Shown here: positions 10,477 through 22,459 of the stretch, in pieces
Numbering within the stretch: the first letter of the stretch is position 1
How the letters are laid out: each line of letters opens with the position of its first letter
IMG/VR virus record: IMGVR_UViG_3300013426_000014
Span: 64,001 to 128,000 of that record
Length of the DNA stretch: 64,000 nt
Direction: 5' to 3' (one strand)
Origin: a virus
Taxonomy: Duplodnaviria > Caudoviricetes
Notes under the pieces: generated by a model
The model's input: only the letters and a program-made list of their open reading frames with translations
The model's database searches: none
Told to the model about the DNA's origin: nothing
Made by a program: the position numbers and the translations under genes

Positions 10477-12441
10477 TTATTCATTGTCAGATTCATCATC
10501 AAAATATTCATCAGACTGATCATCATCCTCATTATCAAAATATCCGAATTCCATCAGATATTCTTTGTCCTCCGTATTATATCCGTTAATGTTATACTCA
10601 TCACAGTACTGTATCCACTCAGCCAGATTTTCATCATCGGAACAATCATACAGCATGGTATTTTCCCTGCTGCCGTATACCTTGAAATTAACGCGGCCGA
10701 AGTTCTTCCGCAATATATCCGTTATAAAACAAAGCTCGAACGCGCTGTAACCTATACGTCCTGGATGAACGCAGCTGTAACCACCGTCATCATATATCCA
10801 CACGGTCGGCCAATTTTCGCCGCCTGGCCGCGATCTCAGCGTCGGGATGAATGAGTCATCGCTAAACCAATATGACGAATTCAGTTCGGTGTATCCGTCT
10901 TTTATCATCTTAGGGACGACCAGCTCGTCACACGCGATCAGCAACGGCATGCCGTCAAGCGATTTCAGTGAGACGCATCTGGACAAATCGACGTCGCCGA
11001 CTACCTCTGATGGGCATCCGTCGAGCGAGACGATACCGATATTATCGTCATATGCAGTTCTCAACGCTAAATTACAGTCGCATTTGCCGAACCTTATGAA
11101 CGGCGGGAACGCCGGTATATCCTCGCGGGGATCATCACCGTCGAACAGTCATTCCGACTCTCTGCTGTAGCAGAGATCCTTCGCGGCAGATGAGACGTCA
11201 ATCACGAAACCGCCGTTCCCGGCTGGACGGAGTGTGAACAAATTCTCGCACGTATCCTCCGAATACGGCTCGTTCGAGCCATGCCCATATCATTCCATGT
11301 TGTCTCACAGTCAACGGTATATACTGGAACGTGTATCAGCGGATTCTATGTCGTCCATTGTGTCAGTGTAGTCCGTGTCGGACATATCCTCCATATTGAA
11401 ATCCTCATTGACTTTATCGGCGTCATATTTTGGCTGACACCACCCTTCGGCGGATTTCCGCTCTATGAGCCCGCTCAAATCCTTGATGACATCATCGATA
11501 TATTCACTGGGTATTTTCACGTCCTTTCTCAGCAGCGCTGAACACGGAACAGGACAAGCGCCCGGCCCCTTGTTTATATCGGCATACTCTATCATCTTCA
11601 GTGCGCCATCTGATCCGAGTTTCCCGGACCGAACGAGATCACGGATATGATTGAGATATGACAGCAGATCATAATACATCTGCTCGAGAATCTCCGTGTT
11701 ATTTTTGACTTTACCTTCATCTTTGTCATAGATATCAGCATAAAAATCCTGATGGTAACCATCATAATACTCGCTAAAGTCGAACGAGTGATCCTGTATG
11801 CTAATCACCCCAACCGGCGGGATTATATCGAGCAGCGCCCCGTCTGAACGGAGCGGTGGGTTGGCATCACTTGTCGAGAACACGCCACGGATCTTATCAG
11901 GAAACCACGACGGTACGGGATCACCGATATCGCCAAATACCCTGTCGGGATACAACGCGCCGATGTTGAACTCGGCGTCAACGACACCGAACTTGATTCC
12001 GGCGGCGAGGACGTCTGCCTCAGTCGAGTTGCCACCGGAATCGAACTCCGCCGCGACATATGTAATAGGGGGAAGACTCTCCGCCGGAAAGACGTCGTTA
12101 CCGTATCTTCCGATATTGATGACAAACACGTATTTTCCCGGCGACGTTAACCTCCACTCTATCTGTATATACGGGTCATCCTTCATCGCGTACGGTCCAT
12201 TCGTGTTTTCACCATACCCGGAAAATTCCGGATCCTTCGCGTAACGAAACGACGTACTTGTGCACAAATCATAATTATTATCCTGATCGACATATATTAT
12301 GACATGCCTGTTGATCCACCACCACACATGCTCGATCTCAGCGTTTATGTCGGAATCAGACAACACATCTGTGTAGTCGATGTCAGACATATCGGACATA
12401 TCAAAATCCTCATATACAACGCCAGTGCAACAAGATCGCAT
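10477..12441 (-). CDS. Acidic hypothetical protein with an internal duplication and a short LRR-like segment
   Basis: Open across four TGA; repeated VYEDFDMSDMSDIDYTD / VNEDFNMEDMSDTDYTD; SLDGCPSEVVGDVDLSRCVSLKSLDGMP; TATAAATA upstream. Confidence 0.7.
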
Positions 12442-12463
12442 ATTCAATCAATTATATTCATAA

Positions 12464-12471
12464 TATTTATA
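12464..12471 (-). promoter_or_regulatory. T4-type late promoter TATAAATA
   Basis: Exact T4 late consensus 23 nt upstream of an ATG. Confidence 0.7.
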
Positions 12472-12491
12472 ACAAAAAATCATCCATGATC

Positions 12492-12770
12492 CTATGACCA
12501 TGGATGATTCATAACTTTGTACTTTTTTGATTTCCCATCGCGCTCGACCCATCCGCGGGCGACGAAATCATCGATCTCTTTCGTTTTATGATCCCGGCAC
12601 TGGTCCGTCCGCAGCCTCATTTTTGACGCATACTCCGATTCCGTGAATGTGTCCTTACCTATACGTTCAAGATAATCGACAAGCTCGTAAAACACGTCGT
12701 CAATTCCTGGATCTCGCGCGTACCGGACAAGACAACGCATCGGCACTTTACTCCTGTCAACCGGCTTCAT
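12492..12770 (-). CDS. Hypothetical protein
   Basis: 92-aa ORF with TAG stop, tightly packed with neighbours. Confidence 0.6.
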   Translation of the reverse strand: MKPVDRSKVPMRCLVRYARDPGIDDVFYELVDYLERIGKDTFTESEYASKMRLRTDQCRDHKTKEIDDFVARGWVERDGKSKKYKVMNHPWS

Positions 12771-12771
12771 A

Positions 12772-12939
12772 TTAAAACAGACCCCTTGTCTTTTTCTTCT
12801 GCCCTCTCAACGTCGTTATCTTGTACGGCGTCGACGATACCGGAGCAGAAGTCCTGATCCCGCCGCGGGGCACGTCCATCATGCGGAGTTTTTCGTCGCA
12901 CACAGGACATCTGGTTTTCGTCTTGTCTCCCTGTATCAT
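12772..12939 (-). CDS. Small hypothetical protein with CxxC
   Basis: MIQGDKTKTRCPVCDEK..., 55 aa, fills the gap between neighbouring genes. Confidence 0.4.
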   Translation of the reverse strand: MIQGDKTKTRCPVCDEKLRMMDVPRGGIRTSAPVSSTPYKITTLRGQKKKTRGLF

Positions 12940-12941
12940 CA

Positions 12942-13313
12942 CTAAAACTCTATCTCATCGACATAATACGCCTTAAACGACCCATCAGACAACTTGAACA
13001 CGAACCTGTTCGGAAGCGATGCCTTTCCCATCACGACAACGGTCGTCTTTTTCCCGTTAATCTTGACATGCAATTTCGTCCTGTCTGCCTCTGTGCGGTT
13101 GACAAGCTCGTTGTTAAGGAATCTGTTCAGATCTGCCCGCGCCTCATCCTCTGGATCCAATTCCTTGTATTCATCCGCATCCGGCGACACAGTGTTCGTT
13201 TCGTCGTCCGCCGACTCTATATCCTCCGGCTCATCGAGAAGATCTATCTCCTCACCGTGATCCTTTCCGTAATCGTCGTCGATTTCATCGACATATTCAT
13301 TCCTATCCGACAT
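12942..13313 (-). CDS. Acidic hypothetical protein
   Basis: 123-aa ORF in the operon, TAG stop. Confidence 0.65.
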   Translation of the reverse strand: MSDRNEYVDEIDDDYGKDHGEEIDLLDEPEDIESADDETNTVSPDADEYKELDPEDEARADLNRFLNNELVNRTEADRTKLHVKINGKKTTVVVMGKASLPNRFVFKLSDGSFKAYYVDEIEF

Positions 13314-13653
13314 CTTCCGTCTTTTCTGTTTCTTTCATCGCTTCCGCGTCATGACCGTTTATTTGGCCTGTTACGTTAAAAATATGTTCATATATACCTT
13401 TCTTCGCCCGGCGGATAAAATCACGCCGTACGGCCCGTTTCTGCTTTCCAGACAGATATCTTGACTCATCCTCGTGTGTGGTCAGCCAATTCTGATACGC
13501 GAGCATTCCCTGTGTCTCACGCGACAACCGAACAGTGGGTGTCTGATCCAAAATTTTATGCGTCGCCGACGCATCATCCACCGACGCATCATCCGGAACG
13601 ACAGTCACTACATTTGTAACAGGATCAATCACATTGTTTTTATCCTCAGTCAT
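13303..13653 (-). CDS. Hypothetical protein
   Basis: 116-aa ORF overlapping the next start. Confidence 0.6.
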   Translation of the reverse strand: MTEDKNNVIDPVTNVVTVVPDDASVDDASATHKILDQTPTVRLSRETQGMLAYQNWLTTHEDESRYLSGKQKRAVRRDFIRRAKKGIYEHIFNVTGQINGHDAEAMKETEKTEDVG

Positions 13654-13665
13654 GCAATATTCCGC

Positions 13666-14073
13666 TTATATTGTATATATGTTGTCAGAAAGCGACACGC
13701 GTTTAGAATCAGGAAGGCTTATCTTGCCAAGCTTCCTCCATCCCTTCTGGAAACCGTTGACGCAAATCTGTGTGATATAACTGAACGCGTTGAGACTTTT
13801 CTCCGGATTATAATTATGTCAGTACATAATACAGTCGAGAACCGCCTGCGATATACAATCTTCCCGGTCCATCGGATTGGTGTACTTGAGCTTCGTCGAC
13901 AACCGTTTCGCTATCTGCTGAAACATAAGGATCGCTTTCTCCGTCAGCTCACCTGACGTCTTGCACCGTATCAGCTCCTCGCGGAGCTCGTTGTTATTGA
14001 CATAATGCCGTGACGACATCAGATCCTTCGATGAGATGTCGTCGAGATTGACCTCCTTACGTTTCCTGCCCAT
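13666..14073 (-). CDS. Late-transcription sigma factor (T4 gp55-like)
   Basis: HYVNNNEL, DREDCIS, then Y(TGA)HNYNPEKSLNAFSYITQI, matching gp55-family NFxPEKSxNxFAYxTQI; TAA 13666-13668. Confidence 0.85.
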
Positions 14074-14172
14074 TAATCCATACGCGTTAACCTTAACAAA
14101 TATAATATAGCGCCGAGACTGGTTTTATTCCATCCTGGCGCCATAATATTGTGAAATCCGATTTATCGCCTG

Positions 14173-15081
14173 TTAACGTCCGCTGTATTGCCGGACGGTT
14201 CCGGTCTTCGCCTTGAGCTCCCGCTCGTCCTCTATGGGGGTGGACAGAAGCATGCAGATTTTCTGCGCGGCCATATCCATCTTCTGTGTGATCAACGTCT
14301 TCGACGGCTTGTTTTTCGCCGCCATGGCATCATATGTGACAGCGAGAAGCCCAAGCGGGGCACGGAGTCCCTGAATCACCTGCAGCGCACCGAACTCGGC
14401 GCCAGTATACTTCAATTTCGCCGCGAGATGCGGATCCTCGGCCTCGATGTCGTCCCTGGTCCCTATCCATATCTGATCATAGAAATGATTCCCGATAAAC
14501 GGATACCTGGCCATATTGAAGTTTTTGTACTCATCCGTCACGTAATCAGCGGTCCGAACAATCTCCTCATACACGGCGTCGGCGTACAGGAAAGGAATAC
14601 CGTTCAAATTGTTGGTCCCGTTATGCATCTCGCACAGCACAGCCCTGGTCGCGCCGAGGTCCAATATAAGATCCTTAAGCACAGACGAAACGACAGGCCC
14701 GGCCTCCATGCGCTTTCGCGCGAGCTCATTGTGTTTGGTCGTTTCCTCATCGGCGAACGCCTTCATGGCAGTCTTATAATTATTGACCATATCACCGTTC
14801 CTCTTGTCATTTCACAGGCTTCGCGCAACATAGAACAGACACAGCAACATTATGAATATCAACACGACAACCCACATTGTGGCGCCGTCCATCCAGAAAG
14901 TCTTAAAAAACCCGACCGGATCGACGGTGATGTCGTTGAAGTTTGTGATGACCAGTGTCAAGAGCAGGACGAGCGCGACAAGAATGATGTTATTCCAATA
15001 ATACGCCGAGCCGCGCGAGGCGGCTCTGACGATCTTATCTTTCGCGTCGGCAATATTCTTTGGTTTTACCGAATTATTCAT
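14173..15081 (-). CDS. Putative holin-like protein (N-terminal TM helices plus GAF-like domain)
   Basis: Two hydrophobic helices, TGA 14812-14814 read through, then RAVLCEMHNG..GIPFLY..YEE; architecture resembles T4 T-type holins. Confidence 0.5.
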
Positions 15082-15107
15082 AACGTGCAATTATATATAC
15101 TATTTAA

Positions 15108-18100
15108 TTACACGGACAAAGTTTTCAGCGAATCCTTAGGAAGTTTCGTCATCGTGCCGGTCCCGTCCTGCAGGATAACGTCGACCAGATCAGATGGGTT
15201 TTCCGCCGCGGCGTACTGCTCGCCGTCGATCCAGACATTCCGGATAGCCTTGCCGTCCTGTGTCGTTTCAACACCGGATATGTACTTATCCTCGTTGACG
15301 GTCGCGTCCTCGAGAAGACGGATATACTGCTTCTGTGCCGACATCTTCTCCCCTTCTAGGATTATGCGCACGTCGTCGCCGTCCTTCGCATCACGATACT
15401 CGCCATAGTTGACATAGCAGTCAGCCGGAGTCAGCTGCACGCCGTTCATGAACAGACCGCATCTGAGCGTCATCGACTCGTATATCCCCTTGAGCGTCGC
15501 CTTGTCGAACTTAAACACCGGCTTCACCGTGTCTTTCTTCTCCGAAACGAGACGCACGGCGGACGGGGCGCACTTGACAGTCGATCCCTTTATGTTGACG
15601 ACAAGATCGCCGTCCGGGTATGTCGATATGACCTGACCTTTCTCACCTTTGTACGTGACATAATCAAGAACGTTCGGATCAGCGGACTCATTGACGCGGA
15701 TCACGTTCGACTCATGAAGCTTCGACTTAGGACGGAACTTGAACGTCTTTTTTGGCGTCGGCGTCTCCTCTGACTCATTCTTCTCGCCGTCGGCGTCCCC
15801 GCTGTCATTCTTATCGTCATCGTTATCATCGGAATCATCCTTACCGAACAAATCGGAATCATCGGTGTCAAACGTCGTGTCGTCTGAATTATCCTTCTCC
15901 GCGTCGGCGTTGTCGCCGTCGTTAAGGTCGTCGGTGTCGATTTCGACCGTCTTGCCGGTGCTGTCGTCCTTGACCGTTATCCGGACGCCCTCATCCAGAC
16001 ATCCATGACGGAACTTCCGTGCTTCTTGATAATCATCGTCATTGTTAAATGTGTCGGCAAACTTCTGAATCTCCGACGTCTCATTATCATAGCCGGTCGA
16101 CATCAAAATATAAGCAAGATCTATCTTGCCGTCGATGTCATCACCTTCGACAAACACCCGAATGACATCGTCACCGTTCTCATTTGTATCCTCTTCGTAA
16201 CTGATCTCGTAATCATCCAGCTTTTCTATAAGATCATCATCATACGGTAGTGTGAAATTGATGTCTGTCGTATCGTCATCGTTGTTTACCGGGTCGTCGT
16301 TCTCATCATCCAACATGCCGAACTCGTCATTTTCCGCGATCTCGACAAAATTCGCGGTCTCATCAGAGTAATCAACGAGATCATGAGCTTTAATCACGTC
16401 TGCCGCCCTTCTTGCTTCCTGGATTGTATCGACGGACACCATTATCATCTTTTCGTCAAAATCATCCGGATCGAAAAATCCATCGTCTTCGTCAAATATA
16501 TGAACGTCGGCGTTATTCAGATCATCCACAAGATCCGCGTCGTACGGAAGCATCACATCAATGGAGTCGCCTCTATGATCGGTCGATCTTTCGTTCAAAT
16601 GTCGGCGACAACGGTGGAACTGTCCTGAAACAGACTCATTTATAAAATCTATCCCTTTGATCATCAACGACTCCGCTACAGAGAACTCCTTGAAGAAATT
16701 AAAGAAGTTGTCATCCGTCCAGTCAAGCCATTCCTTAAAGAAATCCTTGAGCGCGTAAATCTCAGCCTTGCTCTTCACGTTTATCGTAAGACGTTTGCCG
16801 CCGTCACGGGTGTAATCAATACCTTTGTCATCAAGCATCGAGCAGACAAGATTCGGCGAAAGCGACGAGACGTACTTATTCGCAAGATCAAGTTTTACCT
16901 CTATCGGGTAGGTCCTGCCATATGTCTCTGCCTCATTCGGATTGTCATCCGGGATGTCATCCAAATCACCGAACAGCGAAGCGATGTCGTCACCGTCGCC
17001 TTCCGGCTCCGCGTCCTCGATATCGGCCGACAGATCGAGATCATCAACCGGCGAATCCGCGACGGCGGACCCGGCGGCGGTCTTAATCGTGCCGTCCGCG
17101 TCATCGTCATCATCGTCCGATGAGATACCCAACGCGAACGTGTCTGGCGCGTCGATTAGCACGTCGGTGTCGATCACGTCGGTCCCTTTGCCCGCGTCAT
17201 CTGCCGGAACATCAGGCGTCTCGCCACCAGCGGCGTCGATGTCACCGGCGAGCGCGCGCTCAGTGTCAGGACAGGCGTTGACAGCGTCGACAATAGCATT
17301 ATACATGTCGAGCGGCATGTAATCATTATTGATGATCGGTTTCTTGTCTGACGTCAGGTAGAACGTCACCTTCTTGACATCCTGTACAAGCTCGCCATTC
17401 GAGTTGACGGACGGGATTATGATATGGACCTCGCCCTTGTTCGAAACCTCGCCGGTCTTGACATTGGTGTTGTAAGCGACCTTGACTATCTCGAATCCGC
17501 CGTCATCCGGCTTAGGCTCCGCCGACCCGGCGCCGATCACACTGTCAAAACCGTAATCATCGTCACCATACGGGTCACGGTCAGAGCCATCAGACGGAAC
17601 ACCGGCCGGGACGTCAAGCACACCATCGAAATCAGGGATATCATCCTCGCCGCCGTCAGTCAACGGTTCGGTCGGGTCATCAGAACCGCCGTCCGGCTCA
17701 ACATCTTTGACATTAACGTCATCACCGTCATCGCCGGATCCGTCGGGATCGGCAGAATCGACATCCTTGTCGGACGGCTCGCCTGTCACGTCCTTCACGG
17801 AGTCCTGATAGTCCCTATAATCGTTCTTCACTCTATCAAGCTCGTCCTCGACCAGCTTTATCGCCTCCGCGAGCTCGCCGCCGTCATCACCGTCAGACTC
17901 CTTCATGGCACATAGCGTATCTTTCTTCTCCTCCAGCTCCTGTATATACGACTCATACTCCTTGCATGTGTCATCGACATCCTTCTTTATCTTGTCCTGA
18001 TTAGGAAGAACATCCTCGAACAGTGCCGATATATTGAGATTCATATGGTTATTGATCAGGTTCTTCGCCTGTATCGGGTTGACATTCCTGTAGAACGTCG

Positions 18101-19187
18101 TCTTACCCATCGACTCATCGACCGTTGTGACATATATGTTGTCCTTAAGTCGGAACACGTCGACTGATCTGCCGGCGCCGGACTCGTTAAGGCCGACATG
18201 CTTGACGAAATCAAGCACGGCGATATTGTCTTTGATGTTGTCCTTGATAATCTGGGCGACATTCCAGAACGCGTCACGTCCCTCGTTCATCATGTATGAC
18301 GCGTCACGGGCGGCGTTCCACTCAGACTCAGACAGGATTTTGCCATCAGCAAACACCTTGCCGTCCGTCGTTATCATGACATAACCGGTCGCGTCAGAAA
18401 CCTCGGCGCACAACTTATTCATGTCGAACGACACCATCGGCGAATTGACCGCCTCGCACAGGGCGCGAAAACCAGCCGGCAATGACGAAACGTCGGACTT
18501 CGGCAGCTTCGACACAGTGTTGCCCTTACGGACATAATAATTGCCGCGGACGTTAAACACCGACTCGTTTTCCTTGATGTACTGGACCGGCGAGCAGACC
18601 GTCTCAGCCTTCGCGACTGAATTCGCGACGTCGAATGACTCGCCCAGATACACGTTGTTTGGTATCGAATTATCGAGATTAAGAATATTATTGATCTCCT
18701 TGACATACGGATCACCCTGGAACGCGGTGAGCGCGGATCTGAGCAGAACACGGTTGGCCGGCGTCTTGTCATTGACATACGCGGCGACAGACTCCTCTAT
18801 CAGCGGGACGATATAATATGACGTCGTCTGCTCCATAAGACGGAAGATCTTCGTCAGGTCAATATCCTGCTTGTATTTCTTGATCCGTTCATTGAGAGCG
18901 GAAAGCTCCGTGTCAACGGCGTTAAGATATGAGTAATTCGATGCGTTCGATATAAACGACTCGTATAGCAGTTCGTCCGCCTGACCCGCGTCGATGGCGT
19001 CGATGTAGCTCTCGCACAAAGCGCGGAATGACGCGTTGCGGCCGGCAGCGGATATCATCCGCGCGATAAAATTACGCAGTCCGATACGGCTCTCGATCAC
19101 CGGTTTAGCGGCCGGCTTATCTGCAGCGACGGCTTCGTCAATCATCGCGGAAACCTGCCGCATCATCTTGTCTTTGTCTATTGCCAT
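15108..19187 (-). CDS. Large acidic protein, probable prohead core or internal head protein
   Basis: 1359 aa, D/E-rich centre, coiled coil, many hydrophobic-x-E-S motifs, late promoter upstream; function inferred. Confidence 0.6.
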   Translation of the reverse strand: MAIDKDKMMRQVSAMIDEAVAADKPAAKPVIESRIGLRNFIARMISAAGRNASFRALCESYIDAIDAGQADELLYESFISNASNYSYLNAVDTELSALNERIKKYKQDIDLTKIFRLMEQTTSYYIVPLIEESVAAYVNDKTPANRVLLRSALTAFQGDPYVKEINNILNLDNSIPNNVYLGESFDVANSVAKAETVCSPVQYIKENESVFNVRGNYYVRKGNTVSKLPKSDVSSLPAGFRALCEAVNSPMVSFDMNKLCAEVSDATGYVMITTDGKVFADGKILSESEWNAARDASYMMNEGRDAFWNVAQIIKDNIKDNIAVLDFVKHVGLNESGAGRSVDVFRLKDNIYVTTVDESMGKTTFYRNVNPIQAKNLINNHMNLNISALFEDVLPNQDKIKKDVDDTCKEYESYIQELEEKKDTLCAMKESDGDDGGELAEAIKLVEDELDRVKNDYRDYQDSVKDVTGEPSDKDVDSADPDGSGDDGDDVNVKDVEPDGGSDDPTEPLTDGGEDDIPDFDGVLDVPAGVPSDGSDRDPYGDDDYGFDSVIGAGSAEPKPDDGGFEIVKVAYNTNVKTGEVSNKGEVHIIIPSVNSNGELVQDVKKVTFYLTSDKKPIINNDYMPLDMYNAIVDAVNACPDTERALAGDIDAAGGETPDVPADDAGKGTDVIDTDVLIDAPDTFALGISSDDDDDDADGTIKTAAGSAVADSPVDDLDLSADIEDAEPEGDGDDIASLFGDLDDIPDDNPNEAETYGRTYPIEVKLDLANKYVSSLSPNLVCSMLDDKGIDYTRDGGKRLTINVKSKAEIYALKDFFKEWLDWTDDNFFNFFKEFSVAESLMIKGIDFINESVSGQFHRCRRHLNERSTDHRGDSIDVMLPYDADLVDDLNNADVHIFDEDDGFFDPDDFDEKMIMVSVDTIQEARRAADVIKAHDLVDYSDETANFVEIAENDEFGMLDDENDDPVNNDDDTTDINFTLPYDDDLIEKLDDYEISYEEDTNENGDDVIRVFVEGDDIDGKIDLAYILMSTGYDNETSEIQKFADTFNNDDDYQEARKFRHGCLDEGVRITVKDDSTGKTVEIDTDDLNDGDNADAEKDNSDDTTFDTDDSDLFGKDDSDDNDDDKNDSGDADGEKNESEETPTPKKTFKFRPKSKLHESNVIRVNESADPNVLDYVTYKGEKGQVISTYPDGDLVVNIKGSTVKCAPSAVRLVSEKKDTVKPVFKFDKATLKGIYESMTLRCGLFMNGVQLTPADCYVNYGEYRDAKDGDDVRIILEGEKMSAQKQYIRLLEDATVNEDKYISGVETTQDGKAIRNVWIDGEQYAAAENPSDLVDVILQDGTGTMTKLPKDSLKTLSV

Positions 19188-19220
19188 TATATTTGGTGTT
19201 TATTTTTCTGTTTGACAGTA

Positions 19221-19228
19221 TATTTATT
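19221..19228 (-). promoter_or_regulatory. Late promoter AATAAATA
   Basis: 34 nt upstream of the 1359-aa gene. Confidence 0.6.
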
Positions 19229-19244
19229 GACGGCACAACAGAAA

Positions 19245-19284
19245 AATCAGGAAAATGAAACAAAAACGTTACATTTTCCTGATT
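19245..19284. terminator. Intrinsic terminator-like hairpin
   Basis: 13-bp inverted repeat aatcaggaaaatg/cattttcctgatt in an intergenic gap. Confidence 0.6.
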
Positions 19285-19305
19285 ACATAAATAATTAAAA
19301 ATCAA

Positions 19306-20919
19306 TTAGTTCTTTAAGGTTGGCAAAGATTCTTTAACAAAATTCAGTAATTCATTCTCCGACACTGCAGGGTCGTCATCATATGAAACATATCTTTTAT
19401 TATCGACGCGCAGGCCAGAATAATACGTCTTCATCGCGTTCCTGAGCGCGTCATAGAATGGGCCCGAACATACAACCGACCCCGGAGAGTTCAACCATTC
19501 CGGAACAATGCCGTATATCGCAATCGGACCGTCATGTCATGAGTTCTGCACATACCGGAACAGCGTGACGACCTGTATCCTGGACGGGTCATCCGGTCAG
19601 AACGTGATCCTATCACACTGCGCCGGATGATATATCCGGCCTGCGCCGCCGGTAATGATGTAATCCATCGTCTTGTATTTGACTGTAAACAATGTCTTGT
19701 TCGCGGATCGTCCCGGTCATTTCAGTACATCGCCGTCCGTCGAGAACGACTCGACTGAATACGGCACCTTCATACGGTCAAAAATTCTGTATAATGTGTC
19801 AGGCATAAAATGATCATCGAACTCACCAGCGTCGGCCTTTTTCATATACGAGTCATACGTGGTCAGAATGTCACCAATCGACGCGCCGGCCAGCTTCGCC
19901 TTACGCAGCCATGTACGTCACCCGTTATTGTATATGGTATTAGTCTTTTCTCATTCTATGTAAACATCAATATTGTCACGCATCCGCGGAAAATATCTCG
20001 CGGCGGCGTCATCATTGGCGTGTTGAAAGATATAACTACCGACGCATTCGCATACGGCGGTTTCAACGGTAGTAGTCTTCTTCGCCGTCGGCGCCATGTA
20101 GTTCATCTTCCTGTACGACCCCGCATCTATCACGTCATTCCTGGTCAGGCGAAAATCATTGCCGGTCGCGATCTGCATCGCATCAAACTCACCAATAAGC
20201 GCGTCGGAACTCATCCACGCGGCGGCGGCTTCTTTCATCGCACACATGATGCCGTCACACAGTTCAATCACCTCCCGTACATGGCGCGACAATACAGAGT
20301 TAACTGCTTGAACCGGCTTATATGAGTGGAATATGTCACCGAAAACACTGGATAGAAGATTATCCTTGTATACGACAGGTTTGGATTCATACACGACGGC
20401 GTTACCGACCCGCAACCGCACCTTAACGTATCCGCTGACATAAACATTCAACGTATCGTCATCAATGACCGCGTCGTCGACATGATTCAATATTGACAGC
20501 ACATTACCGGACTCCGGCGTGAACGGGGCGAGCCGCCTACTGTACACGGCGTCCGGAAATTTCTTGAGACCGGCGACAATGGCGGGATATGTCGATACAT
20601 TATAATACAGGCCTCAACGCATCGTGTCTTTGACACCGTCCGGAACCGGAAGCGTTCTCGTGTCGCCGTTCCGCCTTTCGCCGAAATAGTATTCCTCGGC
20701 CGCGGCGTCCGGCCTGATCAGATCCGGGTTCTTTATCAAATCGGCGGGACTGAACGACCAAAATTGGCATCATTTCTGAGAATCCAGGCATCACTCAATG
20801 TGTCCGAAATAATCCTGATCAGACAATGTTTCCGTCCAGTCTTCGACATCCCCGTCGGAAAGGTTGAAATCCTCATATAACGGCGTTCTGTATCTTGATT
20901 GTATCATCAGTGCATTCAT
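19306..20919 (-). CDS. Hypothetical protein (537 aa in code 4)
   Basis: Single frame open across eight TGA; N-terminal LYEDFNLSDGDVEDWTETLSD. Confidence 0.7.
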
Positions 20920-20923
20920 ATTT

Positions 20924-22276
20924 TTACAGAATCCGTATCAATCCGGATTCAGCTTTAACATCCATACCCGTGACGGTCAGAACAATCCTGCCGGTAGCAG
21001 GCGCGATGTTCTGCTTATATACAGAATACTTACCGGTTTTTATCTTAACAGGCTCGCTTAAATCAATCACGCCCGCTGACGTTACATGAAACAGGTAATT
21101 ATCATCTATAACGACATTCCCGTCATTGTCGACGTATTCAAGTGAGAACGGAACCGTCCCGTCATTGTCGCCGTCAAGTCACGCGCCAGATCCTGGATCC
21201 GTTATGACGAACGAATCTGCTGTTATCTCATTGTTCCCGTTCGGCACGACACGCACAGATGGCATCACACCGAACCTGTACTTGTCCGAATTTACATATA
21301 TTTCCGGCTGTGTGAAACCGGTCATGCCGTCCGGTATATTCCAGATGTACTCACCCGAATAACAATACAGACCGTACGCTATTTTTATGACGTCGCCTGA
21401 ATCCTGAACAAAATCCAGACACAGCGAATACGGCTCCGCTGTGTCCGCTTTGAAATCCCATCCGATCCTCATCGCCGCCCCCGCCGAATACGGCATGACA
21501 GCATTACCGGCAACGACTGGATCTGTGATGGCGGCGGAAATGTTAACAGACTCCGCTGGCATGACATTCAGACCAATCGACTCCATGACACAATCCGCCG
21601 GTATCGCGGTCGTCGGGTCGAACACCGGCTGGTATGTCTCGACGCCCAATGTAAAAGTCATCTTGTTCTCACGTTTCACATTGTCATACGTCAGATCCAT
21701 AGTCGGCTCATATGAATACTGTTCAGGAAAACCGACCGTACAGCCGACCCTGACACCAGAAAACATCACGTAAAATGACCGATTCTTATAGAACTCGTCA
21801 CGTATCGCCTGCTCTATCTTCATGACGGACAAAAAATCCGTGTCGGCGGTCAAAACAGTACAGTCAAACGTCATATTCAGCGGAATCGACTCCATCATCG
21901 CCTTGTACGTCGTCAGCACGCCCCTGTCATTCCTCGTGAACGTCCCCATCACCGGCGAAGTGCACGACCCGGCGTCGATCTGAGATCCTTTATAGACGAT
22001 AATACCTTTCGGATATGAGTTGAAATCGGTATCCATCCTTCGCGATCCGAAACATTCCCTGCCGAAGAACGTATAATTGTCCTGCAGGAATCTCTCGTTA
22101 TTCGCGTGGGAAAAACCATAATATCACGGAACGGTCACGTCCTGCATCGTATCGTTATCCCACACCTGCTTGTACACTATGGCATTGTTGAGCAGGTTGA
22201 GCAGACCGGATATAACGGACCTGACAAGAACGTCATCCGTGTTGTGTATGTTGTACAACGAAGATTGCTCCGACAT
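20924..22276 (-). CDS. Tail terminator / sheath stabiliser (T4 gp15-like) with C-terminal extension
   Basis: VP(TGA)YY..NERFLQD, IPLNMTFDCTV and FTLGVETYQPVF; open across two TGA. Confidence 0.6.
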
Positions 22277-22285
22277 GACGGCCCG

Positions 22286-22459
22286 CTATTTCTTTTTGTC
22301 TTTCGGCTTCGCCGCGTTTCCGCCGAACATATCCGGACCGCCCACGGCGGAGCTGGATGACTGACCGACGGCGTCAGACGGGGCAGACGCGGCGGGAGAC
22401 GGATTTCCCATACCAGAATCACATTCAAGCAAATCGAAATCTTCATATACAGACAGCAT
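22286..22459 (-). CDS. Small hypothetical protein
   Basis: MLSVYEDFDLLECD...; shares the YEDF motif with neighbours; start uncertain. Confidence 0.45.
   Translation of the reverse strand: MLSVYEDFDLLECDSGMGNPSPAASAPSDAVGQSSSSAVGGPDMFGGNAAKPKDKKK

Noticed and set aside
14188-15408. 406-aa plus-strand ORF
   Set aside because: Antisense shadow of well-supported minus-strand genes, with no recognisable motifs
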